Shown here: positions 39,681 to 49,108 of the stretch, piece after piece
How the letters are laid out: each line of letters begins with the position of its first letter
Numbering within the stretch: position 1 is the stretch's first letter
DNA from: Kiritimatiellia bacterium
Lineage (GTDB): Bacteria > Verrucomicrobiota > Kiritimatiellia > RFP12 > UBA1067
Assembly: GCA_050949565.1 (NCBI GenBank)
Contig: JBMNFY010000017.1
Location: 288,001-352,000 of the forward strand
DNA length: 64,000 nucleotides
Reading direction: 5' to 3'
Position numbers and translations under genes: made by a program
The notes under the pieces: model-generated
What the model was told of the DNA's origin: nothing
The model's database searches: none
The model's input: the letters and a program-made list of their open reading frames with translations, nothing else

Positions 39681-40187
39681 ATGAAAGTTGCCATCAAGGA
39701 CGCCAACATTCTGATAGATCTGATTGAGGCCGACTTGCTCGGGCTCTGGTTTCGACTGGGTATCGAAACTTTCACGACAGATCTCGTACACTTCGAAATC
39801 AAGAAGGAATCACAGCGAAAAACGCTGGACGCCTTCATTGAGGCAGGATTGCTAAAGGTGGAGAGTTTCGAACCGGAATTGCTTCAGATCATCGGAACGA
39901 TAAAAAATGAACACAGGATCAGTATGGCTGATGCCTCAACGTTATTTTTAGCGAGAAAGCTCGGCGCAGTCTTGTTGTCTGGGGATGAAAGATTACGTAA
40001 GGCGGCAAAAGCTTCTGAACTCGATGTTCGCGGCATCTTCTGGATCTTTGATCGGTTGTTGGACGAAAGGCTTCTCACAAAATACGAAGCTTGCCTACGA
40101 CTGCAACGGCTGATTGACTGTGGTAGTTTTTTACCCCGAAATATTTGTGACGAACGCCTTCGGGCTTGGGGTGAGCCGACTACGTGA
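39681..40187 (+). CDS. PIN-domain protein
   Basis: IKDANILID, V..E, SMADAS, LSGDERLRK.A; 6 nt downstream of the peptidase gene. Confidence 0.85.
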   Translation: MKVAIKDANILIDLIEADLLGLWFRLGIETFTTDLVHFEIKKESQRKTLDAFIEAGLLKVESFEPELLQIIGTIKNEHRISMADASTLFLARKLGAVLLSGDERLRKAAKASELDVRGIFWIFDRLLDERLLTKYEACLRLQRLIDCGSFLPRNICDERLRAWGEPTT

Positions 40188-40253
40188 TGATCAACACCAC
40201 TGCTCAAAAGGCGGCGTCGCGCCCTCACGTGAAAAATCCGAGCAGCGCTTTTA

Positions 40254-40337
40254 CTCTCAATTTCTACTTGAGAGTTGAGCGTTCCCCGCTACCTCTCACC
40301 TCTCACCTCTTACCTCTTACCTATTACCTCTTACCTT
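40254..40337. repeat. hairpin plus a 7-bp tandem repeat (ACCTCTY)x6
   Basis: ACTCTCAA-7nt-TTGAGAGT, then ACCTCTC/ACCTCTT/ACCTATT units at 40291-40332. Confidence 0.85.
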
Positions 40338-41107
40338 CACCCGATGCGCCCGATCAGGCGCAGCAGTCCATCAAGAATCGTGAGCGGGTGCGGCGGGCAG
40401 CCCGGAATGTACAGATCCACCGGCACCACCGAAGAAGCACCATTACAAACTTCCGGCCTGTCTGCAAACACGCCGCCGGAGATCGCGCAGGTGCCGACCG
40501 CAATGACGATGCGCGGATCGGACACCGCGTCATACGTCTTCTTCAACGCCAGCGCCATGTTTTGCGAAACCGGCCCCGTTACCAGCAGGCCGTCGGCATG
40601 CCGCGGCGAGGCTACGAACTTGATGCCGAAGCGGCTCAGGTCCCAGCCGACTGTCGTCAGCACGTTGCTGTCGGCCTCGCAGGCGTTACAACCGCCGGCG
40701 CTGACCTGACGCAGCTTCAACGAGCGTCCCAGCAGCTTGCGCAGCGCCTCGTCCAACGCAGCACCTTTGGCCTCGATCTCATCACGCTCACGCGACACCA
40801 CGAGATCCGTGCGCTCACGCGCCGCGAGCTGGTAATTGTCGGAATAGGAGATGGCTTGGTGCGGACATGCCGCCGCGCATTCCGGACAAAAGAGACACTT
40901 GCCCAGATCAATGGTTTTCGGCGTTGACGCGCTGAGTGCGCCGGTCGGGCATGCTGCCTCGCAGGCGTTGTTGCATCCCGCGACACATCGCGTCTTATGC
41001 ACGACTGGCCGTCCGCGAAAGCGGTCCGGCATCGGCGGCGGCGCGGCTTTAGGATAGCGCATCGTCCTGTGCTTTTGCTGCAAGCGAGCAACGATTTCTG
41101 GAATCAT
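40337..41107 (-). CDS. hydrogenase-4-like small subunit: ferredoxin (HyfH-like) fused to a NuoB/HyfI-like domain
   Basis: C..GC..AC...CP, C.FCPEC...CP; GGCNACE, SPRHADG, VGTCA, PGCPP. Confidence 0.88.
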   Translation of the reverse strand: MIPEIVARLQQKHRTMRYPKAAPPPMPDRFRGRPVVHKTRCVAGCNNACEAACPTGALSASTPKTIDLGKCLFCPECAAACPHQAISYSDNYQLAARERTDLVVSRERDEIEAKGAALDEALRKLLGRSLKLRQVSAGGCNACEADSNVLTTVGWDLSRFGIKFVASPRHADGLLVTGPVSQNMALALKKTYDAVSDPRIVIAVGTCAISGGVFADRPEVCNGASSVVPVDLYIPGCPPHPLTILDGLLRLIGRIG

Positions 41108-41122
41108 AACAGCGTCCTCGGC

Positions 41123-42655
41123 CTATAAGTCGTGTCCGCAATAGGACAGGTTGAAACTCTTGTTACAGATCGGGAAATCAGAGATTTCTTCATCGCGCAG
41201 CGCGTAGGCCAGTCCCGGCCAATTGTGGAACGAGGCATCTACCACCTTGTAGCGCGTGAAACGCCCGGACGCATCGGTGACCGCCACATGGCAGACCTCG
41301 CCGCGCAGGCCTTCGACCAGCGCCACCGCGAAGCGTTCCGATACACAAGCAGTCACCGGCGTCCGCGCCGCGCCTTCGGGTAGGGCGTTGATCTGCTCGC
41401 GGATGAAGGCGATGGCGTGTTGGATTTCCAGCCAGCGCACATACGCACGCGCATACACGTCGCCGGTCTTGCAGGTCGCCACCGGAATCTGGGCGGTATT
41501 GAAAATGCCGCTCGGCTGGTCGCGCCGGATGTCACGCGCCAGACCGGTCGCGCGCGCGGCGGGGCCGACCAAGCCCAACTCCACCGCGATCGCGCGCGGG
41601 ACAGCGCCGACCTCTTCGAAACGCACCACTGCCGAAGAGGTTCTCCACAGCAGTTCGATCGCCACGCGCGCATCTTTCTCGCACGCGTCAAGGCGCCGCC
41701 GCAGTTCGGCCATCCGCTCGGCATCGGCATCGAACCCCACGCCGCCTGGACGCACCAATCCGCGACCGAAGCGGCTGCCGCACAAGAGCGCGGTCATGTT
41801 GAGCACGTCGCCGCGAATCCGCCCGCAGAAACTGGCGGTCGGCAGGTACGCCACGTCGCCGGACAATGCGCCGATATCGCCGATGTGCGTCGCCATGCGC
41901 TCCAGCTCCAGCGCGATGCCGCGCAGAGCCTGGCCGCGCGCCGTCGCCGCGCAACCGGCCAGCGCCTCGCTCACCTGGCAGTACGCCGTGGCATGCGCGA
42001 CCGAGGTGTCGCCCGCAAGCGTTTCTATCAGATGGATCGTGCGCGCGTCGGGGCCGCCCAGCAGCGTCTCTTCAATCCCGCGATGCTGATAGCCCAGCGC
42101 GATTTCAAGGTGGAACACCGTCTCGCCGTAGCACTGGAAGCGGAAGTGCCCCGGCTCGATCACTCCGGCGTGTACCGGGCCCACCGCCACTTCATGCACC
42201 TGCTCGCCGTCCACGCGGTAAAAGTCGCCGACCGCCGGCAGGATCGTTTCATCTGCCGACCGCTGCCACACATCGCGATCCGTCCAAGAGCGGCGGTAAC
42301 GCACCGGCTTGAGCCAAGGATGTCCTTCAGGGCGCAGACCGAACTGCTCGGCGATCTCGCGCTCGAACATGTGTACCTGCGCGCACTGCCGCGTGAGCGA
42401 CGGGTAGGCGTCGCCGGTGACATCCGCCGCGGCCGCCAAAAGCAGATTCTGATCGTCATCGGCCAGCACGGCGTACAGGCGCGTCGCATCGGGCTGCGGC
42501 GAAGCCGCGCCGAACAACGCGCTGACGCGGCAACCGCCCCTCACGCCCGCCACAATCGAGGCGTGGAAGCGCTCCAGATCGAGCACCGGAACCGAGTCAA
42601 GCGCGACCGATTGGCCATTGGTCAGGCGGACAAAGTCAGTCGAAAACGTACTCAT
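41123..42655 (-). CDS. HycE/HyfG-like large subunit (NuoC+NuoD) lacking the NiFe cysteine motifs (Ehr-type)
   Basis: EREIAE.FG..P.GHP, GPVHAGVIEPGHFRF, HRGIE. ETLAGD replaces RxCGxC, and the protein ends DFPICNKSFNLSYCGHDL. Confidence 0.9.
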   Translation of the reverse strand: MSTFSTDFVRLTNGQSVALDSVPVLDLERFHASIVAGVRGGCRVSALFGAASPQPDATRLYAVLADDDQNLLLAAAADVTGDAYPSLTRQCAQVHMFEREIAEQFGLRPEGHPWLKPVRYRRSWTDRDVWQRSADETILPAVGDFYRVDGEQVHEVAVGPVHAGVIEPGHFRFQCYGETVFHLEIALGYQHRGIEETLLGGPDARTIHLIETLAGDTSVAHATAYCQVSEALAGCAATARGQALRGIALELERMATHIGDIGALSGDVAYLPTASFCGRIRGDVLNMTALLCGSRFGRGLVRPGGVGFDADAERMAELRRRLDACEKDARVAIELLWRTSSAVVRFEEVGAVPRAIAVELGLVGPAARATGLARDIRRDQPSGIFNTAQIPVATCKTGDVYARAYVRWLEIQHAIAFIREQINALPEGAARTPVTACVSERFAVALVEGLRGEVCHVAVTDASGRFTRYKVVDASFHNWPGLAYALRDEEISDFPICNKSFNLSYCGHDL

Positions 42656-44097
42656 GGCTGACCCTCCAGATAACGGACTGCGTCGTTGATCAATGCGGCG
42701 AGCGGTGCGGGCAGTATCACACCGATCAGCAGCACCAGCACCAGCAGCGCGAGGATCGGCGCACCGCTCAGCACGGTATCGCGGTACGACGTCTTGCGTG
42801 CCGCGATGGACGGGCGTCCTTGAACGATCTTCAGCACCGTGGCACCCATACCAATGAAGACGATCAGCAAAAGGACAAGGAAAAGCGCGCCGACCACCAT
42901 GCGACCGGATCTGAATGCGCCATTCAGAATCAGAAACTCACTGATGAAGGGGCCGAAGGGCGGCGAACCGGTAATGGCGAGAAACCCAAGGAAAAAGAGT
43001 GTGCCGGAGAGCGGCACCCGTTGCATCGCGCCGCTCACCTGCTCGGTACTTTTGCTGTGGTAGGCACGGTGGATGTTACCGGCCGAGAGGAACAGGACGC
43101 CCTTGGTCAGGCCGTTGTTCACCACATGCAGCAGTGTGCCGAACAGCGCCGGCGCGCCTAGGCCGAGCCCCAGCACCAGAATCCCCATGTGCTCCACACT
43201 GGAGTAGGCGAGCATCCGTTTCATATCGCGCTGCCCGACCATAAACAGACTGGCGGTCGCCATCGAGAGCAACCCCATGAAGAGCAGCAGACGGCAAACA
43301 TAGGCTACTTCGCCCGCAGCCACGCTGATGTGGTAGGCGCGCAAGAGCGCGAGAAACGCGCAACTGGTCACGCCGCCCGACAACAGGGCGCCGACCACGC
43401 AGGGAGCCTCGCCGTAGGCATCGGGCTTCCAGGTGTGCATGGGCGCCAGCCCCATTTTCGTGCCGTAACCGACCAGCAGCAGCACGAACGCCGCATGCAG
43501 CCAAGGCTTGGAAAGGGCGGGCGCGTGCTGAAGCAGATCGCTCACCATCAGCGACGCACCGTGTCCCGCGTGCTGCGCCGAATACGCCAGGAAGAAGGTT
43601 CCCAGTAGCGCCAGCGCAATGCCGACTGAACCGACCACCATGTACTTCCATGTGGCTTCAATGCTTTGCTGCGTGTGGTTGAAAAAAATCAACGGCGCGG
43701 TAACCAGCGTCAAGCCTTCGACCGCCACCCACAGCAACCCCAGATGGCGCGACCACGCCACCAGACTGGCGGTGCTCAGGAAGAACAGCAGGCAGATGCA
43801 AAAGACCCGGTTGGGCTGCTCGCTGCGACTGCGCAGATAACCGGCCGCGTAATACGAACAGCAGAGAAAGAGCAGGCTCACCACCAGCAGGATCACCTTA
43901 CCCAGCGGGTCAAGCGCGAGCCAGGCCGTCGGGGACAGCGGTTCCGGCCGCACCAGCGCCACGCCGGTCAAGGCGGCATGCAGGGTGCCCGCCACCGGCA
44001 GCAGCCACGGACGCCACCGATTGGAAGGAATCAGTGCCGCGAGCACAGCCGCCACAGCGGGAAAGATGAGAAAAAGGGGTGCCATGGACATGGACAA
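42652..44097 (-). CDS. hyfF: HyfF-like antiporter-like membrane subunit
   Basis: EATWKY, GYGTK.GLAP.HTW.PDA, KRMLAYSSVEH, PPFGPFISE. Confidence 0.85.
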   Translation of the reverse strand: MSMSMAPLFLIFPAVAAVLAALIPSNRWRPWLLPVAGTLHAALTGVALVRPEPLSPTAWLALDPLGKVILLVVSLLFLCCSYYAAGYLRSRSEQPNRVFCICLLFFLSTASLVAWSRHLGLLWVAVEGLTLVTAPLIFFNHTQQSIEATWKYMVVGSVGIALALLGTFFLAYSAQHAGHGASLMVSDLLQHAPALSKPWLHAAFVLLLVGYGTKMGLAPMHTWKPDAYGEAPCVVGALLSGGVTSCAFLALLRAYHISVAAGEVAYVCRLLLFMGLLSMATASLFMVGQRDMKRMLAYSSVEHMGILVLGLGLGAPALFGTLLHVVNNGLTKGVLFLSAGNIHRAYHSKSTEQVSGAMQRVPLSGTLFFLGFLAITGSPPFGPFISEFLILNGAFRSGRMVVGALFLVLLLIVFIGMGATVLKIVQGRPSIAARKTSYRDTVLSGAPILALLVLVLLIGVILPAPLAALINDAVRYLEGQP

Positions 44098-44739
44098 CTA
44101 CTCCTTGAGCGACGCCAACTGGCGCGTATCAAGCGTGGAAAAGGCGCGGTTGATGTGATTGACAATAATGCAGATCACAAAAACAGCAACGAACAAGTCC
44201 AGCAGCGCCCCCATCTCCACCACGAGCGGCATAGCCTGCACCAGCAGCATACCGAAAATGAAGACGCCGTTTTCAAGAACCAGATACCCCATGACCTGCG
44301 TCAACGCTTTGAAGCGTGTGATCAGCAGGATGAAACCGGTCAGAACGGTCGCGAGCGAAGCGGGCACCACCAAGCTGTCGGCATGCGCCTCAGTGAGCGG
44401 CAACCGTCCGGCGAACAGCAGCGCCCAGACGGCACCCAACGCTCCCAGGATCACCGAGGCTTGGAAGCCGATCACCGGTTCGACCTCACGCTTGATCTCC
44501 ACATCGCGCAACGCACGGTTCATCATGACGGGGATCACCACACCTTTCAGCACGATCGTCAGCACGGCCATCAGGAACGCACCGCGCGACACATGTCCGG
44601 GAAGCAGCAGCGGCAACATGCCGATCAAGGCACCTTGTATCGCCACCCCGCGGATCACCGAAGTGATCCGGCTCGTCCCCAGCACAAAGAGATTCAGCAG
44701 CAGGACGACCACTAGAATCGGATTGAAAAAATTAGACAT
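44098..44739 (-). CDS. hyfE: HyfE-like membrane subunit
   Basis: Hydrophobic protein with GYLVLENG and P.VVE.G..LD; position in the operon. Confidence 0.85.
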   Translation of the reverse strand: MSNFFNPILVVVLLLNLFVLGTSRITSVIRGVAIQGALIGMLPLLLPGHVSRGAFLMAVLTIVLKGVVIPVMMNRALRDVEIKREVEPVIGFQASVILGALGAVWALLFAGRLPLTEAHADSLVVPASLATVLTGFILLITRFKALTQVMGYLVLENGVFIFGMLLVQAMPLVVEMGALLDLFVAVFVICIIVNHINRAFSTLDTRQLASLKE

Positions 44740-44743
44740 GCCA

Positions 44744-45652
44744 TCACCTGATCAAAAGAATGAAAGCGAAACTACAAAAGAGCAGCGCGCTAATGAGTAA
44801 ATACGGCACATGCAGCATCTTCAGACGCGCCATGACCGACTCCACGATGCCAATCACCACCGCCAAGAGCACCAGCAGAACCAAGAAGAGCGGCCCGCGC
44901 AACATCTCGCGTTCCGGCAGGAAGGCCAGCAGCACCTGCAGCACCATCGAACCGAGCACCAGCATTTTCATCGCCGATCCATAGAGAATGATGCCGTACA
45001 GCGGCCCGCTATGATCGAGGATCATCGCCTCGTGAATCATCGTCAGTTCCAGATGCGTGTTGGGGTCATCTACCGGAACACGGCAGGTCTCCGCCAGCAA
45101 CACAATGAAAAGCCCGATGAGGATCAGCATCAGCGGCGCGGTGATTCCCGCAGCGAAAGCGGTCGCCGGCGCGTGCAGCATCGGCGTCAGCGAGAGCGTC
45201 CCCGATATCTTGGCCAGCACCATAAAGGCAAAGAACAGCGCCGGTTCGGACAGGCAGCCGAAAGTTACCTCGCGCGCGGCTCCCATCCCCTCAAACGCCG
45301 ATCCGGTGTCCAGTGCTGCTGACGTGGTGAAGAAACGTGCCAGCGCGAAAAGATAGGCGAAAAGAATCAGGTCGCCCGTAAAGGCGATCGGCGCAGCCGC
45401 CCGGCCCAGCGGCACCATCAGGCCCGCCAGCAGGGTTGCCGCCAGCGTAATGATCGGTCCGGCCCAAAAGATCCAAGTCGTGGTTTCGCTGAGCACCCAG
45501 CTGCGCTGCAGGCACTTGACGATGTCATAGTAAGGCTGGAACACCGACGGCCCGGTGCGTCCCGCGAACCACGCCTTGGTCTTGGCGATCACGCCCGGCA
45601 GAAGCGGCGGCAGCAGCAACAGCACTGCAATATGAATCAAGGTTTCGAGCAT
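44744..45652 (-). CDS. hyfC: HyfC/NuoH-like membrane subunit
   Basis: R.GPSVFQPY.D..K, LDTGS.F.GMGA.RE, RVPVDDPNTHLELTMIHEAM. Confidence 0.88.
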   Translation of the reverse strand: MLETLIHIAVLLLLPPLLPGVIAKTKAWFAGRTGPSVFQPYYDIVKCLQRSWVLSETTTWIFWAGPIITLAATLLAGLMVPLGRAAAPIAFTGDLILFAYLFALARFFTTSAALDTGSAFEGMGAAREVTFGCLSEPALFFAFMVLAKISGTLSLTPMLHAPATAFAAGITAPLMLILIGLFIVLLAETCRVPVDDPNTHLELTMIHEAMILDHSGPLYGIILYGSAMKMLVLGSMVLQVLLAFLPEREMLRGPLFLVLLVLLAVVIGIVESVMARLKMLHVPYLLISALLFCSFAFILLIR

Positions 45653-45655
45653 GGA

Positions 45656-47917
45656 TTAAAAACCCTTCCCACGCAATCGGTTAGTGACAGGGGTCATGCG
45701 AGTCGATCGCGTGGTTTGTGCGTACGCGGTCGGGAGCGCGGGCGTCCCCGCTCGCTCTGTGAAAGGCCGCCCGTGATTCCGATGCGCGGCTTGGTTCCCG
45801 GGGGAAAGCGTCGCCATGTACGTGTACGGCATCTGGGCTCGCGGAGCACCGGGAGGGGCAAGCGTCTGCTTGCCCGCGGACGAGCAGACGCTCGTCCCTC
45901 CCCCCCTGCGGTCAAAAACAAATGCGAATAGGTTCTTGAACGGGAAGAGCGTACACATCAGAATCAGCAGGATCACGAGCACATACAAAACGTAGTGCTG
46001 CGTCAGGCCGCGGTGAAAACGGTGGAACCAGGCGAAGCCCTCTTCGACTTTTCTGCCCGCCGGCATCAAGACCCGGTCCAGCACCGCGTCATCGACGTGG
46101 CTGTACGCGCGCGTCGGCACCGGGAAGAGCTTCGTCACCTGCGGCGGGTGGTCGGCCGGCCGCAACACCCCGCGGAAAATCAACACCAGCGTGCGCGCGA
46201 ACGATCCGGCGGTGTACTGCATGCGCGCGTCCGGCCGCGCGTAGCCGCAATCCCAAGTGAGGCTACGGCGCGCCGCCGTGACGACCTCCTTGATCCGCAT
46301 CCGCCAGAAGATTCCCGCCACACAGGCGAGCAGCAACAGGGCGAGCAACGAGATCACGCCCAGCGACACTGTTTGCGCGACGGGTATCGCAGTCGCGCCC
46401 GTACTCTGCAACCAGCAGCCGGTGGCCGCATCCAGCGCGAACGCCACCGCCGACGGGAACACGCCGATGAGCACGCATCCGGCAACCAGCACGGCCATCG
46501 GCACGAGCTCAAGGCGCGACACCTCGCGCGCATCCGCTGCGGACTGCGTACGCGGCGCACCGAGAAAAACCGTCCCCATGACCTTCACGAAGCACGCCAG
46601 CGCCAGCGCACCGATCAGCGCCAGCGTCGGCACGCCGACCAAAGCCGCCAGCGCACCGCCCGCCGTGCCGACCGCCCCCTTCAACAGACCGAGATACAGC
46701 AGCCATTCGCTGACGAAGCCATTGAGGGGCGGCAGTCCGCAAATCGCCACGGCACCAACGAGGAAAGCGGCGGCCGTCCACGGCATCCGTTTGGCGAGAC
46801 CGCCCAACCGGTCCATCTGGCGCGTGCCAGTCACCTGCATCACCGCGCCCGCGCAGAAGAAGAGCAGCGGCTTGAACAAGCTGTGGTTCCACACATGCAG
46901 CAGGCAGGCGCCGAACCCCAGCGTGACCCATTCTGGACGATTCATGGCACGCCCCAGCAACGCAACACCGAAACCCATCAGGATGATCCCGATATTCTCG
47001 ACGCTGTGATAGGCCAACAGGCGCTTAAAGTCGTGTTGGCCGAGGGCGAACAACACGCCCAGCACACCGCTCAGTGCGCCCAACAGCAAGATCAACGCCC
47101 CCCATGCGACCGGCACATCCGGCAACAACGCGCTCCACCGGATCATTCCGTAAACCCCGGTTTTGATGACGACTCCCGACATGATCGCCGAGACATGGCT
47201 GGGGGCGTTGGCGTGTGCGCCGGGCAACCAGAAATGCAACGGCATCACACCGGCCTTGAGACCGAACCCCACCAAGACCAATACCATGCAGAGGGCTGTC
47301 ACCCCTTGGCCCAACGTCTGCGGCGCCACCGGTGTCATGGCGAATGAACCAGTGACATGCCGCCATATCGCGAACAGCGCGAACAGCGCCAGCACACTCA
47401 CATGGGTTGAAATCAAATAGATCCAGCCCGCCTGCCGACTCGCGATGCGATGCCCTTCGGCGGTGACCAAAAAGAAAGCCGAGAGCGCCATGATCTCCCA
47501 GCCCAGCAGGAAGATCATCGCATGGCGCGCGACCACCAGCAACGCCATGCCCGCGACCAGCATTCCCCAGAAGAACCGCAGGCGACGCCCGCTCACCGGA
47601 TGGCGGCAGTGCGGCCAGTAACCGAGCCCATAGACGGCACCCAAGCCCCCGATCAAAAAAACCGGAACCAGAAAGAACGCGCTCAGCGCGTCAAGTCCCA
47701 CGCTTCCGCCGCCGACGGCCGGCCAAACCAACGCAAGCGGCTTGCCGCCATAGCCCAGCAAGCCCCCCGCGGCACCGACCAACCCCACGCACGCAGCGCA
47801 CACCATGGAGATAGCGGATATCCGTTCGCCGCCATCGTCAGACCGCCGCAGCAGAATACCGGGCAGGCCGCTCAAGGCAGCGACGGCAACAGCCAGCAAA
47901 ATGAGGATTAGAAACAC
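45656..47917 (-). CDS. hyfB: HyfB-like antiporter subunit with a ~85-aa repeat-derived C-terminal tail
   Basis: WEIM, KAG..PLH.WLP.AH..APS.VSA.MSG, KRLLAYHSVEN, GLPPLNGFVSEW, TWDCGY...MQYT; GTG start after GGAG. Confidence 0.85.
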   Translation of the reverse strand: MFLILILLAVAVAALSGLPGILLRRSDDGGERISAISMVCAACVGLVGAAGGLLGYGGKPLALVWPAVGGGSVGLDALSAFFLVPVFLIGGLGAVYGLGYWPHCRHPVSGRRLRFFWGMLVAGMALLVVARHAMIFLLGWEIMALSAFFLVTAEGHRIASRQAGWIYLISTHVSVLALFALFAIWRHVTGSFAMTPVAPQTLGQGVTALCMVLVLVGFGLKAGVMPLHFWLPGAHANAPSHVSAIMSGVVIKTGVYGMIRWSALLPDVPVAWGALILLLGALSGVLGVLFALGQHDFKRLLAYHSVENIGIILMGFGVALLGRAMNRPEWVTLGFGACLLHVWNHSLFKPLLFFCAGAVMQVTGTRQMDRLGGLAKRMPWTAAAFLVGAVAICGLPPLNGFVSEWLLYLGLLKGAVGTAGGALAALVGVPTLALIGALALACFVKVMGTVFLGAPRTQSAADAREVSRLELVPMAVLVAGCVLIGVFPSAVAFALDAATGCWLQSTGATAIPVAQTVSLGVISLLALLLLACVAGIFWRMRIKEVVTAARRSLTWDCGYARPDARMQYTAGSFARTLVLIFRGVLRPADHPPQVTKLFPVPTRAYSHVDDAVLDRVLMPAGRKVEEGFAWFHRFHRGLTQHYVLYVLVILLILMCTLFPFKNLFAFVFDRRGGGTSVCSSAGKQTLAPPGAPRAQMPYTYMATLSPGNQAAHRNHGRPFTERAGTPALPTAYAQTTRSTRMTPVTNRLRGKGF
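45852..45901. repeat. GGAG-type REP doublet, copy 2, inside the hyfB reading frame
   Basis: GGAGGGGCAAGCGTCTGCTTGCCC-GC-GGACGAGCAGACGCTCGTCCCTCC. Confidence 0.85.
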
Positions 47918-47987
47918 CAGCGCTCCTTTTGTACGCGACCGCAACGGCGGCCGGCTACGGCTTTTACCACAACCCGCTTAACCGCAC

Positions 47988-48078
47988 GAGAGCCTTGCCC
48001 CTTGCGTGCAGGTGTGGCACGGGCATCTTGCCCGTGTCTCATGGGCGGGACGCCCATGCCACGGGGGAGCAAGAACCC
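47988..48078 (+). mobile_element. degenerate copy of the GTGG-REP MITE upstream of hyfB
   Basis: CCCTTGCGTGCAGGTGTGGCACGGGCATCTTGCCCGTGTCTCATGGGCGGGACGCCCATGCCACG with eroded ends. Confidence 0.8.
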
Positions 48079-48085
48079 ACCACAC

Positions 48086-48119
48086 AAAAAAAGACCGCCG
48101 AGCGGCGGCCTCTCTTTTC
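48086..48119 (-). terminator. terminator downstream of tRNA-Ala
   Basis: Minus strand AGGCCGCCG-CT-CGGCGGTCT-TTTTTT. Confidence 0.75.
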
Positions 48120-48124
48120 GATCA

Positions 48125-48200
48125 TGGTGGAGCGAAGGAGATTCGAACTCCTGACCCCCACGTTGCGAACGTGATGCTCTACCAACTGAGCTACCGCCCC
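48125..48200 (-). tRNA. tRNA-Ala(CGC)
   Basis: GGGGCGGTAGCTCAGTTGGTAGAGC...TT-CGC-AA...GTTCGAATC...CTCCACCA; G3:U70 pair; encoded CCA. Confidence 0.96.
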
Positions 48201-48287
48201 ATGAGTCCTAAAAATTGCGGGGACTATATCAAAGACCGGCCGTGCGAAGCAAGCGGATTTTGAACCGGTCTTTGAACCGCGAAGTCA

Positions 48288-48644
48288 TCAAGCGAGCGCG
48301 GCGCGCGCCTTCTCGACCAGAGCCTTAAAGGCCTCGGCGTCGGCGATCGCGATCTCGGACAGCATCTTGCGGTTGACCTCGATGCCAGCCTTGGCCAGTC
48401 CTTCCATGAAGCGGCTATAGGTCATCCCTTCATTGCGGACCGCCGCATTGATACGGGCAATCCACAGACGGCGGAACGTGCGCTTGCGAAGCTTGCGGTG
48501 TATGGTTGCCAAGCGTTGAGCGCGGTCGACCGCCTCGGTCGCCTGACGGAACTGCTTGCTGCGGGCACCACGAAAACCCTTGGCTAACTCCAAACGCCGA
48601 CGACGGCGTTTGCGTGAAATGGGTGCATTTGTTACTCGTGACAT
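48288..48644 (-). CDS. rplT: 50S ribosomal protein L20
   Basis: MSRV...AKGFRG, RKR.FRRLWIARINAA, NRKMLSEIA. Confidence 0.97.
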   Translation of the reverse strand: MSRVTNAPISRKRRRRRLELAKGFRGARSKQFRQATEAVDRAQRLATIHRKLRKRTFRRLWIARINAAVRNEGMTYSRFMEGLAKAGIEVNRKMLSEIAIADAEAFKALVEKARAALA

Positions 48645-48659
48645 GGGCCTTACTCCGTA

Positions 48660-48857
48660 TTAGTTACCCTGCAGCATACGCACCGCAGTCTTGACAAACG
48701 TTTTGTCCACAAGGGTGGTTCCACGGAGATTACGTTTACGCTTACGCGGCTTGTAGCCGTTCAAGTGGGACTTGCCCGCCTGCGTGCGCAACACTTTACC
48801 CGTGGCCGACATTTTAATCCGCCCGCGAGCGGACTTCTTGGTCTTCATTGTAGGCAT
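48660..48857 (-). CDS. rpmI: 50S ribosomal protein L35
   Basis: MPTMKTKKSA..R.K...TGK...AGKSHL; AGGAG RBS. Confidence 0.93.
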   Translation of the reverse strand: MPTMKTKKSARGRIKMSATGKVLRTQAGKSHLNGYKPRKRKRNLRGTTLVDKTFVKTAVRMLQGN

Positions 48858-49108
48858 GATTGCTCCTAGTCCTGTAGTTGAAGCCTGAACCCACAGGGCA
48901 GCCAGCCATGATCGCCCGTGCAGGATCGTGAACCCCATCGCCTCTGCGACAGAGAAGGGGGGAAAGTACCAAACCCCTCCCCTTCCGTCCAGCACAAATC
49001 GGATTTTTCAGATCCCCTTGATTTTTTTCACACTTTTGCACTGGATTTTCCCGACGGAAGGCGGTAAGCTTGGGTACCATGTGATACAGCAAAAAGGGGG
49101 ACTGAGAG

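Noticed and set aside
48125-48200. tRNA-Ala as an island attachment site
   Set aside because: No duplicate of its 3' end and no integrase were seen in the window.
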